A DNA stretch of 64,000 nucleotides from Sminthopsis crassicaudata. Lineage: Eukaryota. The DNA lies in the NCBI RefSeq assembly GCF_048593235.1, contig NC_133620.1:216444852-216508851 (forward strand), written 5' to 3'. The notes under the pieces are model-generated. The model was not told the origin of the DNA. It did not search any database and saw only the letters and a program-made list of their open reading frames with translations. This document shows, piece by piece, positions 23,768 to 36,170 of the stretch. The position numbers and the translations under genes were made by a program. The first letter of the stretch is position 1, and each line of letters starts with the position of its first letter.

Positions 23768-25634
23768 ATTTTTTAAATATACATTTCTTTATGAATCATA
23801 TTGGGAGAGAAAAATCAGAACACAAAGGAAAAGCCATGAGAGAAAAAAAAAAATACCAAAAAAAAAAAAATTGAACATAGTATGATAGTATGTGTTGGTT
23901 TACATTGTCTCTATAGTTCTGTCTCTGGATATAGATGGTATTTTCTATACAAAGTTTATTGGGATTGCCTTGGATCACTGAATCACTGAGAAGAACCAAG
24001 TCCTTCATAGTCAATCATCACACAATCTTTCTGTTAGTGTACACAATATATTCTTGATTCTGCTTGTTTCATTCAGTATCAGTTCGTGTAAATCTTTATA
24101 GGCCTTTCTGAGATCATCTTGTTCATCTTTTTTTTTTCCGCTGAGGCAATTGGGGTTAAATGACTTGCCAGGGTCACACAGCTGGGAAGTGATAAGTGTC
24201 TGAGGCCAGCGTTGAACTCGGGTCTTCCTGACTTCAAAACTGGTGTTCTATCCACCTCGCTGCCCCTTGTTCATCATTTTTATAGAAAAATAATATTCCA
24301 TTACTTTCATATACCATAACTTATTTAGCCGTTCCTCAATTGATAGGCATTTATTCATTTTCCAATTCTTTGCTATTACAAAAATTGCAAATGTGAGTCC
24401 TTTTCCTTCCTTTATGATTTCCGTGGGATACTGACCTAAGAGTAGCACTGCTGCATCAAAAGATAGTCACAGTTTTATAGACCTTTGGGCATAGTTTCAA
24501 ATTGCACTTCAGAATAGTTAGATCATTTCACAACTCCAGCAACAATGCATTAGTTTCCCAATTTTCCCACATTTTCTCCAACTTTTATCATTATTTTTCC
24601 TGTCATCTTAGCCAACCTGAGGGGTATAAGGTAGTAGTACCTCAGAGTTATTTTGATTTGCATTTCTCTAATCAATATTGATTTGGAGCATTTTTCCGTA
24701 TGACTCTAGAAGGCTTTAATTTCATCATCTGAAAATTGTCTGCTCACATCCTTTGATCATTTATCAAATGTGGAATTATATTTTTATAAATTTGACACAG
24801 TTCTTTATGTATATTAGAAATGAGGCCTTTATCAGAAACACAGATTGTAAGACTTTTCTCCCAGCTTTGTACTTCCCTTTTAATCTTGTGTTGGTTTTAT
24901 TTATGCCAAACCTTTTTATTTTATGTATTCAAAGATGTCCATTTTGTATTTCATAATGTTCTCTAGTTATTTGGTCATAAATCCCTTCCTGTCCAAAGAT
25001 CTGACAGGTGAACTATTCCTTGTTCTCCTAATTTGTTTTTGGTATCATCCTTTATGCTCAATTCATGTACTCATTAAGACCTCATTTTGGTATGTGGTGT
25101 GAGATGTAGGTCTATGCTGAATTTCTGACATATTATTTTCCAGTTTTCCCAGAAATTTTTGTGCAATAGTGAGTTCTTATCCCAGAAACTAAAGTTTTGG
25201 GGTTTATCAAATACAGAATTACTGTAGCCATTGATTATTGTGTCATCTGTATCTAAACTATTCCACTGATCCATTATTCTATTTCTTAGCCAATACCAAA
25301 TGGTTTTGATGACTTCTGCTTCATAATATAGTTTTAGGTCTAGTACTGATAAATCACTGCCTTTTGAATTTTTTTTCATGAATTCCCTTGATATTCTTGA
25401 CCTTTTGTTCTTCCATTTGAATTTTGCTTTTATTTTTCCTAAAAAAAAATTTGGGGGCAGTTTGTTGCTATGGAACTGAAAAAGTAGACCAATTTAGGTA
25501 GAAATTGTCATTTTTATTTTTTAGCTCAGTCTATCCATGAGCAATGATATTTTTCCAACTCAATAGATCTGACCTTATTTGTATGAGAAGTGTTCTGTAA
25601 TTGTGTTCATATAATTCCTGAATTTGTCTTGGTA
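23768..25634 (-). mobile_element. 5'-truncated L1 (ORF2 3' part plus 3' UTR), copy 1
   Basis: Minus-strand ORF 25074-25379 gives LKLYYEAEVIKTIWYWLRNR..DQWN..FDKP..KNSL..WENW, typical L1 ORF2p. Interrupted by a SINE. Confidence 0.92.
24128..24266 (-). mobile_element. WSINE1-type SINE nested in L1
   Basis: Reverse complement of ggggcagc...gagttcaa...gaccctggcaagtcatttaacccc. TSD ttgttcatc at 24119-24127 / 24267-24275. Confidence 0.9.
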
Positions 25635-25999
25635 GTATAAGGCCTTCTTGATTCAGTCCAACTCACCAAACATTTTATTAAGTGTCTATTATGGTCAAAT
25701 AATTAGAGATCCAAACACAAAATAAAAATAATCCCTTCTTTCCAGGTACTCTACTAGATAGATAGGTATATTTCAGACAATTAGAAGAGGGAGAGACTAC
25801 TCAACAATTAGACAGGTAATGAAAGCTTCCCCTAAGAAGTGGCATATTTACTTAGCTTTGAAGAAAGATATCACAATCTTCTCCCTTATAGCCTAGATGA
25901 GTTTCAAAGCTTTTTCTCTGCTCCTTGACAAGGTTTAAGAATTTTTTTAATTAGTTCCAGAGGCAACAACAGTCACAGATCAATGCTACCATTTCTGGA

Positions 26000-26215
26000 A
26001 AGAATTATCAATCACTTTTCCCATGACTTTCCTCACTGTCCTATAACTTCCCAAAACAAATCATGCTTCACTGTCCACTATTCCACTAAAAGTATTTAAA
26101 ATATAAATTCTTTGAAGATAGGGACTGTCTTGCTTTTGTGCATTTATAACTTTAGCATTTATTTTGTACAGTGTCTGACATAAAGTAATAAATAAATCCT
26201 TTTCCATCCATTCAT
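26000..26215 (+). mobile_element. L2 3' end
   Basis: aaattctttgaagatagggactgtcttgcttttgt...cagtgtctgacataaagtaataaataaat. Confidence 0.6.
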
Positions 26216-27179
26216 TATAAATGATGATAGGAGGTAATTAGCACCTGTATGCATGTAACATGTAACATGTAAGATGATGTCTAAACTACAGAACACATGA
26301 AATAGGTTGGTGAACTTAAATTCCTTGGCTCTGCTGAAATATGCTAATATTGAAGTTACTTATTAAAATATACAATGTTATGCTTGAATATAATTCTTGT
26401 CATAAGAATATTTCTGATCTAGAAGCTTCTAGAAATAATGTAACCTCCAATTACTAAATGTTTATTTTTCATTTTATTTTAAACCACTTGAAACAAAACC
26501 CTTCTTTTACTAAAGAAGGTGGTTGTACTAGTTGAATGCAACATGACTCAAATAAAGAAAATATATAGTTACAGTCTTCAGATTTAGGCTCACAGGAATG
26601 CTCTGGAATTTTATAGTGATTTGCCTTTTTTGAAAGTAGGATAGAATAAATAGAAATTCTGGAATATATAATTTACTTGTTATTTTGCTCCTTCTTTGTA
26701 TAACTTTAGAGAAAAAAGACCCAATTATGAAGAATAATAATTATATTAACCCATATAATACAGGTTTTAATTTTAAGATTTTAATTGACTGTGAAGTAGT
26801 ATAAATACTATTATCCTAATTTACAGAAGAGGAAATTGAGGTTTCTAGAGTATAAACTATTTCAATAAATTCACAGTGAGCAAAATAGCAGCATAAGAGA
26901 CTTCAAATCATATCACTGAATCATTTGCCACTGTAATATGCTTTCATTTATGTTAATTCTGAGAATGGACTCCCCACTTCTTATATCTAATCTGTATTAT
27001 ATATAATAAATTTGATACCATACATAAAGAATATTTTGTTCTCAATGTAATCCTTCATAGATATCTACATATTCTATGTCATTATTTTCAAAGTCAAGAC
27101 TCATGAAAGGTGAATTATGTTGTTTTTCCTGGCTCTTTTCACTACCTCTCTCTGCCTGCAGTTCATGCCTTCTACTTAG

Positions 27180-27430
27180 TAATAATAATAGCTAATAAAT
27201 ATTAGCTTTTATGTAAGGACTCACTATGTATCAGTATACTAAATACAATTATTTCATTTGATCCTCACAACAATCCTGAGAGATAGATATTATTTTTACA
27301 AATAAGGAAATAGAGGCAAGCAGAGAATAACTAACTTGTCCACATAGTCAATAAATATCAGATTGGATTTGAACTCAGGTCTTTCTGATTTTAGGCACAG
27401 TGCTCTAGCCACTGTACCGTTAACTGCTAC
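27180..27430 (-). mobile_element. MIR SINE
   Basis: tttcatttgatcctcacaacaatcctgagagatagatattatttttac...ggatttgaactcaggtctt. Confidence 0.8.
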
Positions 27431-28477
27431 CTGTACCTGTAGTCTGCTCCCTCTCTAATACCTATAACTTTCAACAGAAGTTGTACACCACTTTCTACAG
27501 TCAAAATCCTTTCTACTATGCACTTTAGTCTCCCTAGTTAGTGCTATCTTGTATGCAGTTCTATGCATTTTATTGTCAACTCCATAACTCACTGTCTTTC
27601 CCAGGAATCAAGATCCTCACCAGGCCTCAGAGTGGGAAAGCCCTTCAGAATCCCATTCATGACAAAATTCATGGCTCAGAACACAATTCCATTTCTGAAG
27701 ACTTTCCATGGACTAAGCTCCCATGATCCTGGCCTTTGCAAAATAGATAATCCACTGAATAGCAATCATTCCACTGCATCTGTTGGCCCAGTGAAAGTTT
27801 TATACTTTAATGTCATCCCTCACCCAATAATGTCCTCTCCCCAAGCATATAAGTGATTCCTATGGGTCTAGAGCTTCAAGACAGTACCCCATTCTCACCT
27901 TCTAAGTCCCCTGAAATTTCCTTTGTAGAAGCTAGATATGATTATTTTTAAAACTCCAGGGCTAATTCATGAAGTAGCTAAGATAAGATAGGAGATTCAA
28001 AGACTCTGTAGGCATTACCATATACTTGGATTAGAAACATTTTTTATTCTCAGGTCAGATTCACTTAAGAATAAAAATGAATACTGAGCAAAGTCTCTGA
28101 TTTACAAAGTTCAGTCATATGAATGAATCATATACCTAATGCAACCACTGCCACTGTTTTTCTCTGTCCCCAGTGGTAGTAGAATATCTGTTTCCCTAGT
28201 CTTTGGAGTAGTCATGAAAAATCTTGTATTTTTCATATAAACTATTATTTTCTGAGTGTACCTTTTCAGTGCAGTGAAGGGAGAAAATGTGGAATCAAAA
28301 GAAGGCAGACTCTTAATAGAGCTGATCCACTTAGCAATAGGAGTTATCCCCCATACCAAAATATATTTGGCCATATTATATTACCTGAATTTTTTTCACT
28401 TTATCACACTTTCTAAAATCTTACCACTTAAAGATCCATTTGGAATAATGAAGAGTCTCTTTTTAAAAATGCAAACA

Positions 28478-28634
28478 CACCAGCCCTGAAGTCAGGAGAA
28501 TCTAAATTCAAATCTGCCCAGCTTTGTGACCTTGGGCAAGCACTTAACCCTAATTGCCCTAGCAATAAATAAATAAACGAATGCATGCATGAATGAATGA
28601 ATGAATGAATGAATGAATGAATGAATGAAAAATA
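28478..28634 (+). mobile_element. 5'-truncated WSINE1-type SINE with (AAAT)n/(GAAT)n tail
   Basis: caccagccctgaagtcaggag...ttcaaatc...gaccttgggcaagcacttaacc. 13-bp TSD aaaaatgcaaaca at 28465-28477 / 28635-28647. Confidence 0.8.
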
Positions 28635-29582
28635 AAAAATGCAAACAGCTGAATTAGGTAAATATCAGGCACATACATGTCTGTGGGACTGAGGGGGAGG
28701 AATGTCCAGACCTGTGATTTCTTTAACAGTGAAAACTGTAAGGAAGGAAAATTTTCTATCAATGAAGATGAACAACTTCTAGTCTTAAAGTATTACATGG
28801 GGACATTTATGGCCCAAATGATTTAGCATAGTAGATTTAGAACGAGAAGGGACCAAGGGGTTACATAATCCAATACTCTCATTTTACAGATAAAGAAACT
28901 AAAGACCAGAAAACTTAAAAGATTTGTCCAAGATCACACAGCTAAGAACTGACAGGAGACTCGAACCTGATTTTTTTGTTTGTTTGTTTGCTTTTGTTTT
29001 GTTTTCCCCCAGAATTAAAGGCTAACTCTCATCTACTATAACATGCTTCTTTTCACTGTAATGTAGTATAAATTAGTTTAGTCATATTGCTTTACTTCTA
29101 ACATTTTCTAAGAGTACAAGTTTTCATCAGGGAAAAAAGGATAAGTAATTTTTGACATGGTGAATGGAGCCATACTAATAAGGAAGGACTAACATGATTT
29201 TCTTTATTAAATGCCTAAGGGCCTGCAGATCCGGATACAAGAAGGTGAGAAAGGTGAATAAACGAAGATGAGAGAATGGCAAAGATAAATTTTATTCTTT
29301 CACATTCTTTTTCAGGAATTGACCCTTTACTTAGAAAAAGACAGTGTCTTTTTTCCCGTTTTTCTTCCTCTCTCCTCAGAGCTCGAGCTAGCTGAATTAA
29401 TAATATATTAATTCATGAGTAATATAGTTCTTTAGAAGACATCACATGAACCAAAACACAATTTACAGTATTGGAGCAAAGGAAAAAATATTCTTTATTT
29501 CAAATAATACAGTTATAAGGAAGCTTTCTGATAATTTGTAGATTCCATATATTCTATAATTCTAAAGTAGAAATCTCATTGC

Positions 29583-29584
<2 letters not shown>

Positions 29585-29646
<62 letters not shown>
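29585..29646. repeat. (GA)31 microsatellite
   Basis: Read directly. Confidence 0.97.
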
Positions 29647-29648
<2 letters not shown>

Positions 29649-29799
29649 CGTCTCTTTAGGTTCTAAAGGTAAAGACTAAGTAACTCAAGGTATTCTCAAT
29701 AATTTCATCAATTCCTTTCTACAGAAAATTGAATAATTATCAACAACATTCAATAGTCATCTCTGTTCAGATGCCTCAAATTTTATGTAATTAATGTTT

Positions 29800-30900
29800 T
29801 TCTCATTCTTGAGTTACATTCCCATAGCCCTGACTGATGAACAATTATACTTGAATATCTCACTAGCATTTCAAACTCAATATAACCAAAACATAACTAA
29901 TTTTGATCATTTCTGAAGATCAGTCAATAAACATTTATTAAGCACTTATTATGTATCAGACACTATGCTAACAATTGGTGATATAAGTTTAAAAAGGAAG
30001 GAAGGAAGGAAGAGAGAGAGAGAAAAAAAATGAAAGAAAAAGAAAGGAAAAAAAAAAAAAAAGACTGTGTTGAATTCTGTTTTTAAAGAAAACCTGGAAC
30101 TTGTGACCCTGCCTTCCAGTCAAAGGATGAACCAGAAGAACATATGGTACTGATAAATTATAAGTACCAGGCAGATCCAATCATGCAGGAAAATGAAATT
30201 TCTTAAATATGTATCTATGGCATCTCTATCCTTTTAGTAATCCAGTTTGATAACCTCAGTAATCCTAGAGTTTTCCCCCTTTTTATCTCTTCAGGTATCC
30301 AAATTATTTGCCAAATCTTGTCAAACCTTTCCTCAACATCACCTACATAATCTATCTTCTTTGCATTTAAATACCCCCTACTCTAGTTCAGGCTCTCACT
30401 ACTTCTTGCCTAAGATGTTACAATANNNNNNNNNNNNNNNNNNNNNNNNNNNNNNNNNNNNNNNNNNNNNNNNNNNNNNNNNNNNNNNNNNNNNNNNNNN
30501 NNNNNNNNNNNNNNNNNNNNNNNNNNNNNNNNNNNNNNNNNNNNNNNNNNNNNNNNNNNNNNNNNCCATTCTCCACACAGCTATTAAGATAATCTTTCTA
30601 GTGCACAAAATATAACCATTTGTCTTCCCTGCTCAAGAATGAAAAATAGGATAAAATATAAACTCTTCATTTTGGTATTTAAAGTCTTCATAATATCAAG
30701 CCTACTTTATCTTATTCCACTAAACTGCCTTCCACACATTCTAAAGCCCAATGATTGGTTCTATTGCTGTTTCCTATTCTCATTCTTTCATGTCCTGCCT
30801 CTATGACTTTACTAAGTAGTATCCCTTTCCTGGAATGTACTTCCTTCTCATAACAAATCTTTGCTCACTTGCCATCTCCTGCAAAAAGTATTCCTGAGTC
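29800..30900 (+). mobile_element. Fragmented L2 LINE body
   Basis: L2-like segments gcatttcaaactcaatataaccaaaac, ccaaatcttgtcaa...tctagttcaggctctc and ccattctccacacagct...taggataaaatataaactc. Spans a gap and later insertions. Confidence 0.65.
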
Positions 30901-31038
30901 CCATAGCTGTTGGTATATTCTCCCTCATTTTTTTTTTTATATTTATCTAAGTAGGACATGATTTTCACATTATTTGGTTCTTACTTGAGTTAAATACAAT
31001 AATCACTAATGCTCACAAGAAGTATCTATTAAATTTTC

Positions 31039-31188
31039 TTTCTTTTTTTTTTTTTCTTGAGGCTGTGGTTAAGTGACTTGCCCAAGGTCACACAGCTAGG
31101 AAGTGTTAAGTGTCTGAGACCAGATTTGAACTCGGGTCCTCCTGAATTCAAGGCTGGTGCTTTATCCACTGCGTCACCTAGCTGCCCC
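31039..31188 (-). mobile_element. WSINE1-type SINE inserted into a hAT MITE
   Basis: Well-preserved copy with CpGs. TSD tatctattaaattttc (31023-31038) / tacttattaaattttc (31189-31204). Confidence 0.92.
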
Positions 31189-31388
31189 TACTTATTAAAT
31201 TTTCAATATGAGCATGTATACCTTAAAAATCAAGGACCTTAAATTAAGATTTTATTACTTTGTTGATTGTGTAGATTTAATAAAGTAATGGAGAAAATGT
31301 TAATGCAGATTAAACTTCAAACTGTATTATGCATTCTTTTTTTTTTTTTTGGAGAGCTGGTAGTTGAACATTTACTATCATATCACTG
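31189..31388. mobile_element. hAT-Tip100-type MITE remnant
   Basis: attttcaatatgagcatgtatacc...gcagattaaactt...gagctggtagttgaacatttactatcatatcactg (Tip100-type terminal repeat). A related copy lies at ~55075-55300. Confidence 0.55.
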
Positions 31389-32872
31389 AACTGACACAAG
31401 TATTATCATTTTATTATGTAAACCTTAGAATTTACTTTTCCCAAAGAATTGGGACAAAAGATTGCCTCTGGGGAACAAAACCAAAAAGAACATATTATTG
31501 TTTGTTTGTTTAAGGTTAATATCACATTTAAAAGTCACAAGTTGGAGTTTGTGTTGGTTGAAAAAAAGCCTTCCATAGTAATAGAATCTTTGAACTATTT
31601 AAATATTGTTTCTTATTTATTTTTAATGTATTGGCATATGAATGTTAGTAATTACTTTGTCTGTACCTATACACACATAGATGTGCATATCTCTGTCTGT
31701 GTGTTTGTAGGAAATATATTTTCTTTTTTTTCCCCTTACTTTTTCATTAGACTAAGAAGAATCATTTTCTTCCTTAAGTAGTTTGCTCATCTTAAAAAAA
31801 GACTTTCATTTGCTTTATCAGTTTGAGCAACATTTTCCTACATTGAACAATTGTACTATCATTTGTTCCAGTGTGCTATTATTAACCTCATCTCAAAGAA
31901 ACATGTTTTAGAGCTATAAAAGTATAGAATAACAGTGTCAGAAAGGAATTCAGGGATCATTTGATCCAAATCTCATTTTATAAAAACAGAAACAAAGGTC
32001 CAGAAATGTGAAATGATTTGCTATACAGTTGTTTATTGGTCAAGATGAGACATTACCTGCTACATGTTGGAGGCCTCATAACAAAAATATTGTCTGAGAT
32101 CCTATTCTACTTTTTGAGTGCCAGAGCAAGTTGGCTTGAATTGGTTATGTTACCAGTTGCTTCCCCATCTGTCTCAATTTAGTTTCTTTGACAAATTCCA
32201 ATCTGTGTTTAGGAGAGAAAAAACAACAACTCACCAGTGGTATAATAACGTATCTGCTTTACCTAAGGTTATTAACCATACTTTTTTAAAAAATGGCTCT
32301 TTTGAAGAAAGCAGAGAGGAAAAATATCTCTCTTCATCCCCAAATATTTTGGTGTCTCCTGACCTCTTGCAGCTATGTGGGCACCATGACTGGAGAGTGA
32401 CGTATTTCTAGCAGTTCAACATTACCCCCTGTGTTATTCTCGCTTCAGTGCCTTCCAGTCAAGCGCAAACTCAAGTTCAAGGTTCTTTTTTTTCCTTCCC
32501 TTTTAACTTCACAAGCTTTCTGCGATCTAACTGCACATAACCTGTGAGGTCTCTTAATCCCATAAACTCTAAATCATGTCTTCCACGCTCTAAACTACAT
32601 ACCATTTATCTGTTCTTAAAGCCCACCTGGAGTTCCCTGGCTATCACACATTCAGTGCTTTGGCCCCAAGGTTATGGGCTGGGAATTGAGGAGGGGGATA
32701 GTTTTAGTCCCTTCAGTGTAAGTGTAAGCTGAATTTTAACAGTGTTATGTCTTTAATCAATTATTTTTGCTTATTTGATTCCACTCTGGGGGGGAAGGGT
32801 GTACAATTTTATTTAACTATTTTAATCTTGTTTTTATGTAGCTCTAATGATGCTTGTTTTGTTAAACACACT

Positions 32873-32932
32873 GTGGAAGGAAATCATTTGGTCTTGCTAT
32901 TAGTGGAAGGAAAGCATTTGGTCTTGCTGTTA
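32873..32932. repeat. 30-bp tandem duplication (2 copies, 2 mismatches)
   Basis: gtggaaggaaatcatttggtcttgctatta / gtggaaggaaagcatttggtcttgctgtta. Confidence 0.95.
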
Positions 32933-35799
32933 CAGAGAATTGACTCATTGTGAAGTGCCAACTATAGGATTAAAACAGGACATCTTGAATTGAAACAATA
33001 TGACTGGACTGGGTCAATAATTCTTTTGGGATTAGTGTAATTTTAAAGATTTACAACCTGAATGTAAATACTTACCTCAGTCATGGGAACCCTCATCTGA
33101 CCCTTCTCCCCAGGTTTCAGGTCATTTGGAAATGAAATAAAATGACTGACAATATATCAGATAGCTAAAAAAAAAAAAAACTTTTGACATTAAATGTCTT
33201 GAAATCATATCATTATAGAGGTGTACAGCATCTTAGATACAATCTGGTCCAACATCACCATTTTACAGTTTATGAAAGTAAATACAGAGAGATTGACTTA
33301 AAGGTGAAAAAGACCTTAGAGGCAATTTGGTCAAATCTTTTTATTTTATTAATGAGGAAACTGTGATTTATACAAGATTATATGGTTAATAAGTACCAGA
33401 GTCAAGACTGCAATACTATTTTTCTGATGTAGTACAGTGATTTTTTTCAATAAAAATAAAATATAATCATTATTTTACTGCAGTTTTTGAGCTCCAATAT
33501 TTTAGCTATGTAAATATATGTATATATGTATACTCATATATACAACAAACATGTTTGTATCTATATAGGTATGTGTACATATATGTATATATGATGTTTC
33601 AGGAAAAGGCTATCATTCTGTCTTCATGATAACTAATAGAAAAAGGGGCTAAGAGAGGTCCCTGCTCTTTTCCTTTTTGACAATAGTTCCTTTGGTAATT
33701 TTGTAGATGATTATCAAATTGCCTCATATAGAAGCAGTATGAGAAAGTGTATAGCTTACTGTACCAGTCCAATACAGTAGTGGTTAAATGCGACTTCATA
33801 TACCTACTAAGTTTGTGAGTATATGAAAGTCATACAACATCTCAAAGCCTCAGTTTTTTCATCACTATGGCATACTGATAAGGGAAGACCTTAATCATTT
33901 CAATGAATACTCAATCAACTTTATTAGATTATACCTTAACAATAAGAGTTAATCATAATTACTACTACAATTACTACTACTACCAACAACAACAACACAA
34001 ATATTGTCTAGCTATTATAGAGTCAGGACATTTTTAAGAGATCATCTCCCAATATAATAGACATTGAAATGAATGTCAACTGAAACAAAACAGAGAATTC
34101 CTCTGAAAAATTCCTAGGAACTGGAACTGTCTCTTTATAATCTGCTAACTAAGGTACTCTGTAGTCTAAAAGATTGGAGTACAGCAAGTAGAGAACAAAA
34201 TCTCTTTCCACCCTGCTCTTTCTCCTTTCTGTCTCTTTCTCAATCTCTATCTAGCTAGCTAGCTAGCTATCTCCGTCTCTTTCTCTCCCTCCCTCTTTCT
34301 GTGTATCTCTCCACTCAGGAATAGAAAATGGAAAATTTCAGGAAAATTACATGAACAGTGGTTTATGCTTGCTCAGTAGAAAGTGAGAAGGGAGTTCTTG
34401 AATATTAAGTTTCTGATTGCCTACTTTCTATTTCTTTTTGTGAACATTGTCCAGAAACTATTGATTGGATATTGTATGTATTCATGGAATAGTATAGCCC
34501 AGATTTATAAGGGAAAATGTTTTGAATCTAATATTCTTACTATTGCTTTTTAAGTAAATTCTATCTCTAAACATTAACTGTATTTGTTAACTTATTATTA
34601 ATTGGAAAAATCTTGGTACATATTCATGAGATAGAGTAGCAAAGATAGTGACCCTCAAAGTAACTACTAAAAGCTGAGGTACCAGCCAAACTTTGGGGAT
34701 CTAACCTATGGCTGTACGTGAAAGTCAGGAGAGTAATCTGGTAGAGCTGTGCATATGACACTGAAGAAAGCAAGTATATCATCCAATATTGATGTATTTC
34801 CCTTAATTTTAATAATCTTGGCAGAGGTGTTGGCAGGCACCAATGAGATACAGATTAAAGACTCTAGTCCACTACAAAGAGGTAGTTGGAGTTGGCTTCT
34901 AAGATGTTATGATAAAGTAAGTGACTTCAGAAAAAATGAAAAAACAAAGAAACAAAGCAAATGAATCTCATCAGGCTTTGCTTTGGAGTTTTAGGATGAA
35001 TAAGGATTTGCAAAAGCATAACTAAGGAAGTCCTTACTTGTTAAAAGTCCTCTCTTCTTCATGACTACTCTGAGAAGTAGAGGTACAAAATGAGGTGTAG
35101 AGCATAGATAACTAGCCTCTTACCCATACATGATATCAAAAGAGAAAAACAGATTCAGAAGCAGATCTTCTGACAGTTATTTCTGAGAGGAGGTAACAGG
35201 GATCATGCTAGAAACAGCAATAGAAAACAAAACACTGTCCACTATTCAATTACAGTGAGATCTGAAAGCCTATATTGCCCTATAGTGGCCCCATCTAAAA
35301 CTTTCCCCAACTCTTCCCTCCATTCATGAGGCAAAGTCAGATCTTGCTATGGTCCATAAGCACTGATGTTACCATGTCTAATTTTTGTTATGACTAGCAA
35401 AATTATTTGTAGAGGGAGCAATAAACTGGGGATACCTTATATTTAACCAGTCTTCCAGATTCTTATAGATGCAAAATATTTAAATTATTCTGAATTAACA
35501 AGTGAATAGCATATTCTTATAATTGAGAAGATATCACAAATACAGAAAATGTAAACAGAATGGGACAAGGCAATATGATTAGGGGCAAAAATAACAAATA
35601 GAATGAAAATTTTGACATGTATGATTAAACAAAAAAAATCAACTAGGTTCAGAGTATGCAAATATACAAATGCTTATACACATACATATATATATACATA
35701 CTCATATTAAATATGTATTGTATATGTATATAGCATGTCCATTGTTTTAAATGTATTTTACATGTATGAATGTATCTATATGCTTATCATCTATCTAAA

Positions 35800-36170
35800 T
35801 AAGGGACAGCATGGTATCGTAAATAGGAAACCAGCATTGGAGTCAGGTATGTCTTGTTTTAAATCCTTTGTCTCTTACATATACCAGATGTGTGATTATG
35901 AACAAATCATTTAATCTTTAAGTGCCCCAAGCAACTAAAATTGTATGTGGAAGAAATAGAGGATCCTCCTAGGAGACTAGAATACCTGTTTCAAGTCCTG
36001 CCTCTGACACATACTAGCTGTATGACAAAGGATAAGCCACTTTATCCTTCACTTACTTTTATCCTCACGGTCCCTGGGCAATCTCTAAGACTATAAGTTA
36101 CAGACTGTTGAGGTTGAGGAAATTTCCATACCAGGAGTTCCCTATCCATATGAACGCACAGATTTGGACT
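35800..36170 (+). mobile_element. Two tandem Mar3/MdoRep-type CORE-SINEs
   Basis: taagtgccccaagcaact and ccctgggcaatctctaagactataagttacag...ggagttccctatccatatgaacgcacag (Mar3-type tail). Confidence 0.6.

Noticed and set aside
32873-32932. CRISPR-like direct repeat
   Set aside because: Only two abutting copies, no spacers, no cas genes, eukaryotic context.
33068-33077. ATACTTACCT as a U1 snRNA (pseudo)gene start
   Set aside because: The downstream sequence does not continue as U1; better read as a minus-strand splice donor.
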